Part shown: piece after piece, positions 17,724-27,192 of the stretch
Layout: every line of letters starts with the position of its first letter
Position numbering within the stretch: position 1 is the stretch's first letter
Source: Acaryochloris thomasi RCC1774
GTDB taxonomy: Bacteria; Cyanobacteriota; Cyanobacteriia; Thermosynechococcales; Thermosynechococcaceae
Length of the DNA stretch: 32,000 bases
Reading direction: 5' to 3'
Assembly (NCBI RefSeq): GCF_003231495.1
Contig: NZ_PQWO01000010.1
Location: 169,645-201,644, forward strand
Notes under the pieces: model-generated
Database searches by the model: none
What the model was told of the DNA's origin: nothing
Seen by the model: the letters and a program-made list of their open reading frames with translations, nothing else
Program-made: the position numbers and the translations under genes

Positions 17724-17942
17724 CTGTTGAGCGAGGCACAGCGGATGTGTGCCATATTCAGCAAATTAGGCCAATTCTGGCATTACGCCAGTAAAGTAAG
17801 GCAGTGTGGTGATTAGGGCCCATGCCCCCGACTCTACAGGAATTGGCTCATAGCTCTGGAAGCCCTTCCCTAAGACAGTTTCAAGGTTTAAACAGGAGCT
17901 TTTAGAAGAAAATCCATAATCGAGCTAAGCTGTCGACAGTTC

Positions 17943-18479
17943 CTATCTATGTTTTCTGTCTGGTTGTGCCATCTCCGCCAAAACAGCCTCGATAACGCGC
18001 ACAATTTTTTCACATTTTTGTAGATTTAATGCATCTGGATGAGGCGATGCAAACTGACCTAAATCGTTATCGAAGTACTGGCCTGAAGCGGCCGCGAATT
18101 CATCTGCCAAAGTTGCTCGACTCAGTATTTCCCCGCCTATACGGATATCGCCACCAGCCACTCCATAGGCCTGTTTCACCATTTTGCTCCCGAGCATTGA
18201 GCCCGGATTAACCGCGATCATGGTAGAGCTGTCTTCCTTGAGCGAAAGTGCGCGCGACCACATCGTCAGCGCCAGCTTGCTTTGCGCATAAGCTGCACCA
18301 GCGGACAGCTTGACTCGTCCAGCCAGTGCGTCAAAATCGACGGGAGCCTGAGCTGCGGAGGACAAATTGATAACCCGTCCAGATATCCCCATCAGCGGTA
18401 GAAGCCATTGTGTCAGAAGATAGGGTGCGATCTCGTTTTCGGCCTTAACGTTGAAAGTGGTGAAATTGTCGTAGCTCAT
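17943..18479 (-). pseudogene. Short-chain dehydrogenase/reductase (SDR), N-terminally truncated remnant
   Basis: The ORF retains the SDR C-terminal half (VINLSSAA...YAQSKLAL, i.e. the Ser and YxxxK region). It lacks the TGxxxGxG Rossmann N-terminus, and the upstream 150 nt show no SDR-like coding sequence. Confidence 0.6.
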
Positions 18480-18630
18480 ATTGCAATACCTAGAACAAAC
18501 ACATCTACGTTCAGAGACACTGACCTATCTATCCACTGCTAAATATCCTTATTCGGAAATGGTTTAGAACACTCACAGTCCGCATCCAGTAACAGTACAC
18601 GAACATCCGGCTTAAAGAACGAGGGAGCGT

Positions 18631-19653
18631 TTAACTGCATTCCGTACCAAGACCATCCAACACAGTCTTGCCGATTGCCTTTCCACTCTCCTGAAGTTCG
18701 TGTGCGGCACGCAGACTCTCTACGTTGAGAACGCCGCCATGATTGTTTACGGTCGGAATTAATGTGCCATCATCCAGAAGTTTCGAAACCCGATTCAATA
18801 GCTTATGCTGCTCGTTCATATCTTCTGTCTGGAACATGGAGCGGGTGAACATGAACTCCCAACTCACAGAGAGCGCTTTTTTCTTAAGTGGAATAACATC
18901 CAATGACTCTGGGTCATCGATGAGGGCGATGTGGCCGCGCGGTTTAATTAGCGCTTGAATCGCCTCATAATGAATGCCAGTATGCGTGAGTGAGGCAACA
19001 TACCGTGGCGAAATACCCAGCGCCTTCATCTCTTCGTCGAGTGGATTATGGTGGTTGATGATATGGTCAGCGCCCATCTTTTCCGACCACTCTCGGGTAG
19101 CATCACGCGATGCCGTCACAATCACGGTCAGCTTCGTAAGTTTCTTCGCTAGCTGAGTCAGAATAGATCCCACACCGCCAGCGCCGCCGACCACAAGCAA
19201 AGCTTCACCTGCCCCTTCACCCTCTTTGAGTCCAAAGCTATCGAACAGGATTTCCCAAGCCGTAATACTGGTTAGGGGCATTCCTGCCGCTTCGGCGAAA
19301 CTAAGGGAGGATGGCTTTCGACCCACAATGCGTTCATCAACGCGGTGAAACTCGGCATTGGTGCCAGGGCGGGTTATATCGCCTGCGTAGAACACCTCGT
19401 CACCAGATCGGAACTGCGTGACATCGGAACCGACCTCTTTGACAGTTCCAGCAGCATCGAAGCCAAGAATCCGAGGCCCGTTGTCTGGCTGCGCACCGGC
19501 GCGCACTTTGACGTCAACCGGATTCACCGAAATTCCGCGAACTTCTACGAGCAGATCGTTCGGACCGGGCTTCGGGATGTCGGTTTCAAATTCGATCAGG
19601 GCGTTTTCCGCTGAAATTGGACCCGCATCCGTGTAGCCAATTGCTTTCATCAT
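18631..19653 (-). CDS. Medium-chain dehydrogenase/reductase family (zinc-type ADH / quinone oxidoreductase-like)
   Basis: MMKAIGY...[22 protein letters not shown] and the cofactor loop [18 protein letters not shown] strong SD, AAGGAGA, lies 5 nt upstream of the ATG at 19653. Confidence 0.85.
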   Translation of the reverse strand: MMKAIGYTDAGPISAENALIEFETDIPKPGPNDLLVEVRGISVNPVDVKVRAGAQPDNGPRILGFDAAGTVKEVGSDVTQFRSGDEVFYAGDITRPGTNAEFHRVDERIVGRKPSSLSFAEAAGMPLTSITAWEILFDSFGLKEGEGAGEALLVVGGAGGVGSILTQLAKKLTKLTVIVTASRDATREWSEKMGADHIINHHNPLDEEMKALGISPRYVASLTHTGIHYEAIQALIKPRGHIALIDDPESLDVIPLKKKALSVSWEFMFTRSMFQTEDMNEQHKLLNRVSKLLDDGTLIPTVNNHGGVLNVESLRAAHELQESGKAIGKTVLDGLGTECS

Positions 19654-19701
19654 TGATGTCTCCTTTCGGTTCGTGGGGAGCGTTACTCGCATGACAATCA
19701 T

Positions 19702-19718
19702 TTATGTAAAAAAGATAA
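19702..19718. promoter_or_regulatory. Candidate LysR-type regulator binding box (T-N11-A type interrupted palindrome)
   Basis: TTAT-N9-ATAA lies in the 106-bp divergent intergenic region between the MDR gene and the LysR gene. Confidence 0.3.
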
Positions 19719-19759
19719 TCAGGCTTGCTGCGAAATAATAATTCGGATATTTTTGACAA

Positions 19760-20644
19760 ATGGATATTTTATCGCTCCGCTTGTTCCTGAGAATTGCAGA
19801 ACTTGGCGGCGTCACAGCGGCGGCGCGCGACCTGTCACTTTCGCCCGCGAGTGCGAGCGCCCGTCTTGTCAAACTCGAAGAAACAGTTGGATTCCGTTTA
19901 TTCAACAGGACGACCCGAGCCGTATCGTTAACAACGGATGGTGAGACATTTATACCCTACGCTCAACAAACTGTAGAGACACTGGAAACTGGACTAAAAG
20001 CGGTCAGGGGTCAAGGGTCAGAGGCCCAGGGGCTGCTGCGAGTAGCAATGCCCGGTTCCTTTGGACGTATGTATGTCATTCCAGCTTTAGCCGAATTTCA
20101 CGCACTCCATCCACTCGTCAGCCTTGATTTACGGCTATCTGATGAAGTTCTCGATGTCGTTGAAGGTGCTTATGACCTCATTATCCGAAATGCAAGCTTG
20201 ACGGATAGCAGCCTCATTGTGCGGAAGTTGGCCGCTGACCGGCGCCTTCTCGTTGCCTCTCCTACCTATCTAAAACGGCATGGCGTTCCCTCAACGCCTG
20301 ACGATCTTGCAGAGCATCAATGCGTAATCCTTGCCGAAAACAATAGGTGGAAGTTTGAAAATGGACAGGCCGTTAGTGCTCCGCGCTCATTTGTTGTTAA
20401 CGATGGTGAGGCGATGCGAAAAATGATCGAACACGGGATGGGTATTGGTACAAAGTCAGTCTGGAATGCCAGCGAAAGTTTAAAATCCGGGCTTCTCATC
20501 GAGGTGCTACCGGAATTTCCGCTTGTTACAGAGGCCTCTATATGGCTTCTGTATCCGAGTCGCCGAATCATGGCATCGAAAGTTCATGCCATGATTGATT
20601 TTTTACTCAAACGGTTCCAGCCCGTTCCACCATGGGAGTGCTAG
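19760..20644 (+). CDS. LysR-family transcriptional regulator
   Basis: N-terminal wHTH LRLFLRIAELGGVTAAARDLSLSPASASARLVKLEETVGFRLFNRTTR with a C-terminal substrate-binding domain. It is divergent from the oxidoreductase gene, the classic LTTR arrangement. Confidence 0.9.
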   Translation: MDILSLRLFLRIAELGGVTAAARDLSLSPASASARLVKLEETVGFRLFNRTTRAVSLTTDGETFIPYAQQTVETLETGLKAVRGQGSEAQGLLRVAMPGSFGRMYVIPALAEFHALHPLVSLDLRLSDEVLDVVEGAYDLIIRNASLTDSSLIVRKLAADRRLLVASPTYLKRHGVPSTPDDLAEHQCVILAENNRWKFENGQAVSAPRSFVVNDGEAMRKMIEHGMGIGTKSVWNASESLKSGLLIEVLPEFPLVTEASIWLLYPSRRIMASKVHAMIDFLLKRFQPVPPWEC

Positions 20645-20783
20645 AAAGGACCGAATAACATTGCGGTCAAAACTTATGGCTCAGAGTTTTCTCTAGCGCT
20701 TCAGCCGTTAGATCTGTTCAATCGTTACGTCAGCAGCAAAAATAGGTATTTAGATTAATCTAAGCGGCTCGGCTGAATGTGGG

Positions 20784-21827
20784 TCATATTATTGACTCTT
20801 TAAAGATCGCTCGATCGCAAGAGATGCGATCGCGTCCTTGGTGTTTGGCTTGATAGAGCGCTTGGTCGGCTTTAACAATCAAATCCTGGGGCAGCTCGTT
20901 GTCCTGCGGCATGGATGTGGCGACGCCAAGGCTAATGGTGATGCGATCGCAAAGGGGCGATGTCAAATGGGCAATCTTTAGATCTCTGACATCTGTGCAA
21001 ATTCGTTCTGCGACCTGAATAGCCCCCGTTTCTGAGGTCTCTGGGAGGATGACAACAAATTCTTCACCCCCGTATCGTGCCACTAAATCCTGAGGCCGAT
21101 GTAGCCCTGCTTCGATGGCTTGGGCGACCCGCTTGAGACAGCGATCGCCTTCTGGATGACCGTAGGTATCGTTGAACTGCTTGAAATAATCAATATCAAT
21201 CATGATCAATGATAGCGATGTGCGATTACCAATCGCACGGAGCCACTCCTGCTCCAGCTTTTGATCAAAGCCCAAGCGATTTTTGATTTGGGTCAGGGCA
21301 TCGATAAAAGAAATCGTTTTTAGCACCTGCACCTGCTCATGCATTTGATGAATAGCTGTGGTCCGCCTTTTAAGGCGATCTCGAAGCAGCAAATTCAATT
21401 GCTGCATCTGCTGCTCATGGGTTCGAATCTTTTCCAATAGTCGAGTCCGTTCCATCGCATGATAGATGGTTCGCTTTAGCCAAGTTGAATTGACTTGGCC
21501 TTTCATCAGATAATCCTGTGCGCCTAGCTGCAGAGCTTGGGTCGCAAGATCTTCATCATCAAGACCGGTGAGGATCACAATCGGTAGCCCAGGATTTTTG
21601 TTATGAAGAGACAGCAGGCTATCCAATCCAACACTATCTGGAAGATGTAGGTCTAACAAGCACACGTCAAAGTGGTTTGAGTCTAGACAGGTACAGGCAT
21701 CGCTTAAACGTTCAACTGTCGCGAGCTCAAATTGAGAACCAAGACTTGCTGTTAATAGTTTGCCAATCAGAAAAGCATCGTCTGGGTTATCTTCAACTAA
21801 AAGAATATTCAGGATCTTGTTGAACAT
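20784..21827 (-). CDS. Response regulator receiver + GGDEF diguanylate cyclase
   Basis: REC domain: ILLVEDNPDD...FDVCLLDLHLPD...PIVILTG. GGDEF domain: an intact GGEEF with an RxxD I-site (RPQD) five residues upstream. The start is placed at MFNKILN. Confidence 0.85.
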   Translation of the reverse strand: MFNKILNILLVEDNPDDAFLIGKLLTASLGSQFELATVERLSDACTCLDSNHFDVCLLDLHLPDSVGLDSLLSLHNKNPGLPIVILTGLDDEDLATQALQLGAQDYLMKGQVNSTWLKRTIYHAMERTRLLEKIRTHEQQMQQLNLLLRDRLKRRTTAIHQMHEQVQVLKTISFIDALTQIKNRLGFDQKLEQEWLRAIGNRTSLSLIMIDIDYFKQFNDTYGHPEGDRCLKRVAQAIEAGLHRPQDLVARYGGEEFVVILPETSETGAIQVAERICTDVRDLKIAHLTSPLCDRITISLGVATSMPQDNELPQDLIVKADQALYQAKHQGRDRISCDRAIFKESII

Positions 21828-22095
21828 CTCCGATGGCCTCAATCAGAGCGAAGGCTTGAAGCAATTCAAGCGTAAAATCGACATGAATATCGCTACAACA
21901 GCTTTGTAGAGCAGCGATAAGGGTTTGGGTACAACGGTGCTGTAGTGTCACCGTTTTATTCCAGCTACTGTTTGTTAACCCAGCAAAACCTGTAAGCATC
22001 TTGTGAATCAATTTAGGATACCCAGTTAAAGACAGGAATCTGCAACAAGACCGAGGTAATTTTGTACGTTGGCCTTCTACACAGCAGTTATTCAT
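21793..22095 (-). CDS. Possible HPt-like phosphotransfer protein (weak)
   Basis: 100-aa ORF containing LIHKMLTGFAGL, reminiscent of the HPt motif HxLKGxxxxxG. It overlaps the start of the downstream REC-GGDEF gene by ~35 nt. A 37-codon ORF (22088..22201) abuts it in another frame. Confidence 0.3.
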   Translation of the reverse strand: MNNCCVEGQRTKLPRSCCRFLSLTGYPKLIHKMLTGFAGLTNSSWNKTVTLQHRCTQTLIAALQSCCSDIHVDFTLELLQAFALIEAIGDVQQDPEYSFS

Positions 22096-22231
22096 CCGCT
22101 TGCAGGCGCTCAGAAGCTGCTCTCAGGGCGATTGTGGAGTTTGCGTTATAGCAGCAGAAGTACTCGGCTGAGTTAGGACAGCCTTTATTGATAAAACTCA
22201 TGGGCAATGTATATCTGCCGCTCGTCAATCC

Positions 22232-23197
22232 TCATCGGCTAATTTTATTGAGCACAAGCTGAACAGCTTGCACCATAACCTCAGGCTGATCAACCCAGAC
22301 AAAATGGCTACTTTCATCAGCTGGGAGCTGTGTGCAATCAGTTGATAGACCCATCAAGGCATGGTGAATCTGGTCGCGGAGTTGATTAATGCCTTTTAAG
22401 GGAATGCAAAACGTCCAAAACGAGGGTGTAAAAAATGAGTGGGACTTGATGCTAACAATCGGTAGACTTCCCAGATTATTTGCGACCCTCAGCTGACGGC
22501 CACTGGCATCCATACTCCAGAGTTCTCGAGCCATGGTGAGCCAGTGCTTGGGGCGACAAAATGAGCGCGTCACAGGCGTCAGCTCTGACCGCGAAAACTG
22601 TCGTAAATTAGGCTTGAGCAGTTCAAATACCTGCAACAGCCGCAGGAGTCGGATGATCCCGAACCCTGCCCCCAAGATAGACATCAAAAAACCAGAAATA
22701 AAGATCAGCTTCAAGATCTGCAGCGGCCAAGACATCTTGAGCATGCCCACTTCGTGGAGACCATCGGTAAGGACCAGCCCCTGCACCTGCTCAGGAAACT
22801 GATGGGCATACAGGCGCATGTTGTAGCTACCGAATGAGTCGCCCACCAGGATATAGGGCGGCTGAATGTCTGCTTTCGCTAACGCCGTCTCCAGCTCCTG
22901 GACAATTTGGCCGCTGGTGCGGGGATGGGGACTGTGATCGCTCCAGCCATAACCTGCACGATCCCAGGTGACAACGCGCCCCAGTGGCGCTAGCTTCTGC
23001 AGCAGCAGATAGCCCTCAACACCACCCAGGCTGTGATCAAGGACGATGGTCGATTCACCCTCGCCTGAAACAGAAAGATGTAGCGCATATCCACCCACAT
23101 CGACCCGCTGTCCGGGTGGTTTTTGCCGCTGCTCTCGCTGACAGGCCACGACTTGGTACAGCGTTGTCAGCAGCAGCAGATATGTTGAAACCAGCAT
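22232..23197 (-). CDS. Alpha/beta-fold hydrolase with an N-terminal TM anchor and a hydrophobic lid insertion
   Basis: Oxyanion region IVLDHSLGG and nucleophile elbow GDSFG. The N-terminus is LVSTYLLLLTTLYQVV and the internal hydrophobic stretch is LIFISGFLMSILGAGFGIIRLL. Confidence 0.8.
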   Translation of the reverse strand: MLVSTYLLLLTTLYQVVACQREQRQKPPGQRVDVGGYALHLSVSGEGESTIVLDHSLGGVEGYLLLQKLAPLGRVVTWDRAGYGWSDHSPHPRTSGQIVQELETALAKADIQPPYILVGDSFGSYNMRLYAHQFPEQVQGLVLTDGLHEVGMLKMSWPLQILKLIFISGFLMSILGAGFGIIRLLRLLQVFELLKPNLRQFSRSELTPVTRSFCRPKHWLTMARELWSMDASGRQLRVANNLGSLPIVSIKSHSFFTPSFWTFCIPLKGINQLRDQIHHALMGLSTDCTQLPADESSHFVWVDQPEVMVQAVQLVLNKISR

Positions 23198-23288
23198 TGG
23201 CTCATCCCTAGACTGTCGGACCCAACCGCAGCAGCGGTGCAAAAGACGACACTTGCAAAGCGATAGGGTCTAAAATCCAAAGCTTAGC

Positions 23289-24221
23289 CTAACTTGGAAC
23301 TTGGCTCATAATCTTACGGAGATAGCCGAGCGCAATCTCAAAATTAGCGGTTTTTCCCTGCTGACGAAAAAGCTGAGCTGCGTACTGAATATCGGCAATG
23401 GCACCCTGCTGATCGCCAACATTGGAGCGCAATAAACCGCGAGCGCCATAGGCTCTAGCGTTATCAGGACAGAGATTTAAGGCTTGTGTATAGATGTTGA
23501 TGGCCTGCAGGTAAGCATTGGTCTCAGCTTTAGCAGCGGCTATCTGCATCAAGGCTGTAGATTTTTTGTCAATTGTGCGAGCTGATCTATTTGGTGAGTT
23601 AAGCTCTGGACCGTTTTTACAAGAGATTTGCGAACCCATCGCAGCTTTCGACTCTCCGTTACTGAGTTCTGCGGGCGTTGACGGTGTCGCAGAAGATCGG
23701 AAACTTGAATTTAAGTGACCGATGGCTTGAAACTTTTGAATTCTCGGGAGAATCTTCAGCGCTAGCGTTCGCCATTCTGGATCGGTGGAGAGAGTCTCTA
23801 CGGCAGCAATCGCTGAATTACCTACCTTTGCAAGTCTCTTACAGACCGATTCATCAAAGCTGTCATCTTCAGAAGCTTTAAGAACGTCAATCAAGCCTGT
23901 GATTAAGTCAGACGAGGAGATCTGTGTCAGGCTATGTTCAAGCAGTTCAATAGATTCTGTATCAAGGTTCTGCTGCCTACGCAGCACAATTAGAGGCGGA
24001 ACTGCCTTGGCACCGAAATGAGGCAGGAGATCAGCCATCTGCATTCGAACACGTGGGTCAGTCTCAGCAAGGAGTGTATAGAACGCCACCCCTAGAAATC
24101 GATCTAAATCCCACCAATCGAGGGCAACCGCTTTGATATGCTGTCCCGCAACGGGCAGCAGCTTTTCAAAACACTGATAGTAAAGCGCGTTACTTTGCTC
24201 CGGCGTATGCGAGGCTGACAT
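23289..24221 (-). CDS. Hypothetical protein with a helical-repeat (HEAT-like) N-terminal region and C-terminal TPR motifs
   Basis: The ATG at 24221 is preceded by AGGAGGA. The C-terminus AYLQAINIYTQALNLCPDNARAYGARGLLRSNVGDQQGAIADIQYAAQLF is TPR-like. Confidence 0.6.
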   Translation of the reverse strand: MSASHTPEQSNALYYQCFEKLLPVAGQHIKAVALDWWDLDRFLGVAFYTLLAETDPRVRMQMADLLPHFGAKAVPPLIVLRRQQNLDTESIELLEHSLTQISSSDLITGLIDVLKASEDDSFDESVCKRLAKVGNSAIAAVETLSTDPEWRTLALKILPRIQKFQAIGHLNSSFRSSATPSTPAELSNGESKAAMGSQISCKNGPELNSPNRSARTIDKKSTALMQIAAAKAETNAYLQAINIYTQALNLCPDNARAYGARGLLRSNVGDQQGAIADIQYAAQLFRQQGKTANFEIALGYLRKIMSQVPS

Positions 24222-24370
24222 TCTAGGTTCTCCTCCTAGAAATACACTGCACTTAGTATCGCGCATTACAGGAGGGCAAAGCAATCGCACCATGAGAGAA
24301 TCGTATACCCATTAATGAAGGATTGCATTACCACTCATTGTGAAGAGGATGATGGCTTGCGCCGTCCTAT

Positions 24371-25360
24371 TTAGATGGCTTCTAATAATCCTCTCGTAGC
24401 TTCTGTTTCCATACGGGGGCCAAGATGAGTGACCAAGCGGGCGGCGGCCAATGACCCCAGGCGTCCGGCGTCAGCGAAGCTCATGCCGTGGGTGATGCCG
24501 TACAGAACAGCGCCAGCGTACATATCACCGGCACCGACGGTATCCACGGCTTTGACCGGGAGTGGATCAATGTTGATCAGGCGTTCACCATCAAAAATGA
24601 CGGAGCCTTCAGGGCCACGGGTGATGGCAAAACAGGTTGCGAGGGTTTTGAAGTAGTCAACGGCAGTATTAAAGTCTTCTGTCTCAGCCATACCGAGTGC
24701 TTCGCTTTCGTTGGCGAATAAGAAATCAACGCCAGGGCCAATCATTTCTAGCAGGCCGTCTCTGAAGAACTTAACCATGTTGAAGTCCGACAGCGTCAAA
24801 GAAACCTTCTGGCCTGCGGCCTTAGCTAACTCTCTGGCTTTGATGGTAGCGGCTCTGGAGTCAGGTCCGGTGACTAAGTATCCTTCAAGATAGGTGTATT
24901 GAGAAGATGCGATCGCATCTTCGTCTAGGTCATTCACCGATAGCCCCCCCGAGATGCCCAAGAAAGTCGTCATCGACCGATCTGCATCGGGCGTCACAAA
25001 GACCAAGCATTTACCCGTCACGCCTTCATCTAGCGCATGGGCCTGCAGATTCGTTTCTACACCACAGGCCAGCAAATCGGACAGATAGAACTGCCCCGGC
25101 TCATCATCAGCCACCTTGCAGGAATAGAAGGTCTTGCCTCCAAACTGATTCACAGCAATCATTGTATTCGCTGCTGATCCACCAGACGCTCGCTTGAGTC
25201 GGTGGCTATTTAGACTCGTCAGAATTTTGTGCTGATGATCTTCATCAATGAGCGTCATGACTCCCTTATCGATACCCAACTCCTCTAGAAGCTGGGGTTT
25301 AACTTCGCATTCAATATCAACGAGGGCATTACCAAGACCATAAACGTCGTACCGTGTCAT
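24371..25360 (-). CDS. PfkB-family carbohydrate kinase, adenosine kinase-like
   Basis: YDVYGLGNALVDIE at the N-terminus and the DTVGAGDMYAGAVLYG (DTxGAGD) ATP-site motif near the C-terminus. Confidence 0.85.
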   Translation of the reverse strand: MTRYDVYGLGNALVDIECEVKPQLLEELGIDKGVMTLIDEDHQHKILTSLNSHRLKRASGGSAANTMIAVNQFGGKTFYSCKVADDEPGQFYLSDLLACGVETNLQAHALDEGVTGKCLVFVTPDADRSMTTFLGISGGLSVNDLDEDAIASSQYTYLEGYLVTGPDSRAATIKARELAKAAGQKVSLTLSDFNMVKFFRDGLLEMIGPGVDFLFANESEALGMAETEDFNTAVDYFKTLATCFAITRGPEGSVIFDGERLINIDPLPVKAVDTVGAGDMYAGAVLYGITHGMSFADAGRLGSLAAARLVTHLGPRMETEATRGLLEAI

Positions 25361-25418
25361 ATCGCTCCTGAAGGGTCAACAAATCTCCTAAAGTGTAGTT
25401 GATTCAGGAACCGCTTCT

Positions 25419-26096
25419 CTAGGGATAAACGCGCCGACGCAACTCGATGGAGTCCGGCTCACCCATAAGACCCTTGACTATATTTGCGATCGCCTTATCC
25501 ACGACATCATCAAGTACATTACTGTTCGGCTCTGACTCAACACCCAGGCCCCCTGAGGGCGATGGCACATCTCCAGACTGCTCTCGCGTCATGCTCACAT
25601 TGCTCCGCCGCGTCGCGACATTACCTGAATCCACCTCAATCATGCTGCTTTCAATATTGATCTGAGCCTTTGTCTCAGGTGAGCACTGACCACCGACACA
25701 GGCTTGCTCCGCTTTAAACTCAGTAATGGTACCTGTGATCACAACGTCAGCGCTCAGATTTTCACCTAAGCTGATCGCATCCGCCTGCGTGAGCGGACCC
25801 GTTAAATTCAGGGTTGCGAGAGCCTGCTGAACTCGGTTAGGGTCTACGACGATAAAAGCATCTTCTGCAGCCAAAGCTTCCACCATTCTGGCGCTCACTC
25901 CCTTAGAGACCCCCACGTTTTTATAGGATGCGTAGTGAGGAGAGCGAGTGTCGCCATAGCTAAAATCCACCACCGCAATTTGCTGGCGGCTATCGGGGCT
26001 TTCTTGAGCCACAACGGTCTGTAGAGTCGGGGACAGAAGCGGCCCCGTTAGCAGCAGAATGCCTAGCCCAATCCGGGCTGCAATATGAGTTGGCAT
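25419..26096 (-). CDS. Exported CsgG/LpoB-like domain protein
   Basis: Signal-like N-terminus. IAVVDFSY...GVSARMVEALAAEDAFIVVDPNRVQQAL...ISLGENLSADVVITGTITEF resembles the CsgG/HfaB/FlgO fold pattern. There is no lipobox Cys. Confidence 0.5.
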   Translation of the reverse strand: MPTHIAARIGLGILLLTGPLLSPTLQTVVAQESPDSRQQIAVVDFSYGDTRSPHYASYKNVGVSKGVSARMVEALAAEDAFIVVDPNRVQQALATLNLTGPLTQADAISLGENLSADVVITGTITEFKAEQACVGGQCSPETKAQINIESSMIEVDSGNVATRRSNVSMTREQSGDVPSPSGGLGVESEPNSNVLDDVVDKAIANIVKGLMGEPDSIELRRRVYP

Positions 26097-26184
26097 ATCA
26101 AAGTCTCTTCAACTGATTTTTTCTTTTAAATGCGTCATCTTATATAGATAGCGAAGCTGCACCTGTAGTTCCATCGGTAAAGAA

Positions 26185-26787
26185 ATGGATACACTCACTG
26201 CTAAAACTCAGCTTTTCGATCACTGGGCACCTAGCTACGACTGGTTACTGCCCTCCGTCTTTTATCAAGCCATTCATCTGCGCCTGCTGGACTACATTCA
26301 GCTTTCAGACTCAGCAAAGGTGCTTGACATCGGCTGCGGCACCGGGCGCTTGCTCAACCGTCTAGCCCAAGCCTATCCCCACCTTCAGGGAACCGGCCTC
26401 GATCTCTCACCCGAGATGCTACATCAGGCTCGCTTGAGTAATCGCCACGGTGACCGTTTACGTTTTGTTCGCGGCATTAGCCACACCATCCCCACCGAAG
26501 ATGAGCAGTTTGAAGGCGTCTTCAGCACCATTAGCTTCTTGCACTACCCTGAACCGGAACGAGTTTTTAAGCAGGTTTATCGAGTACTGAAGCTTCAGGG
26601 GCGTTTTTATTTGGTAGACTACGCAACACCTCTAGGAACGTTATTCCCGCAGTCTTCGATGGCGAAGATGCAGTTTTACAGTGGTCAAGCAAGAGAGCAG
26701 CTAGGGAATCAGGCTAATCTCAGATGTGAAGCCCACCAACATTTAATAGGACCGGTTTTGCTAAGCATTTTTGTGCGGGATGCATGA
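26185..26787 (+). CDS. Class I SAM-dependent methyltransferase
   Basis: Motif I VLDIGCGTGRL, followed by a post-I acidic residue (GLDLS) and the motif II/III region FEGVFSTISFLHY. Confidence 0.85.
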   Translation: MDTLTAKTQLFDHWAPSYDWLLPSVFYQAIHLRLLDYIQLSDSAKVLDIGCGTGRLLNRLAQAYPHLQGTGLDLSPEMLHQARLSNRHGDRLRFVRGISHTIPTEDEQFEGVFSTISFLHYPEPERVFKQVYRVLKLQGRFYLVDYATPLGTLFPQSSMAKMQFYSGQAREQLGNQANLRCEAHQHLIGPVLLSIFVRDA

Positions 26788-27192
26788 GAGACGACCGGTT
26801 GCAGCATTAGCATCGGGCTTGATTTGTGCGCTCAATAGTTCTATGAGACGACGGGCAAGCGCCTATCACCGATGCCAGAACCACCACTATGCCAAAGAGG
26901 TTGAGGGACTTATAGAGAGCATTGAACGTACACAGATTGATCCACAATTTGGTGCCGCCGTCCTCATTGGGGCCACGAATGCAGGCACACCCCAGCGATG
27001 GCGATGGGATTCATTCAACGGACCGTTAAGATCGCGGAGTTACTGATAAGTCGGAGGTTTTGAATACGTTACTTCTTGACTGAACGATGCCAAGCTCTCA
27101 ACCTACTAGCTATCTCCATCTCTGATTGTTGCAACAAAACCTTGGATCCTGCGGACTCCTCACCTCATAATTCTGTCTAACTATTTATTTTA

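Noticed and set aside
26771-27046. A 91-codon plus-strand ORF in the 400-bp gap after the methyltransferase, plus a minus-strand frame with a hydrophobic stretch (LNLFGIVVVLASVIGA).
   Set aside because: The plus ORF starts with TTG inside the methyltransferase 3' end, has no SD, and is Arg-rich with no motif. The minus frame lacks an ATG or a plausible start. Either could be a gene relic, but neither can be supported from the sequence alone.
27126-27137. Perfect 12-bp palindrome TTGTTGCAACAA downstream of the GAF gene stop.
   Set aside because: It is too short and AT-rich to function as a terminator hairpin (no loop), it has no adjacent U-tract, and a 12-bp palindrome is plausible by chance in an AT-rich spacer.
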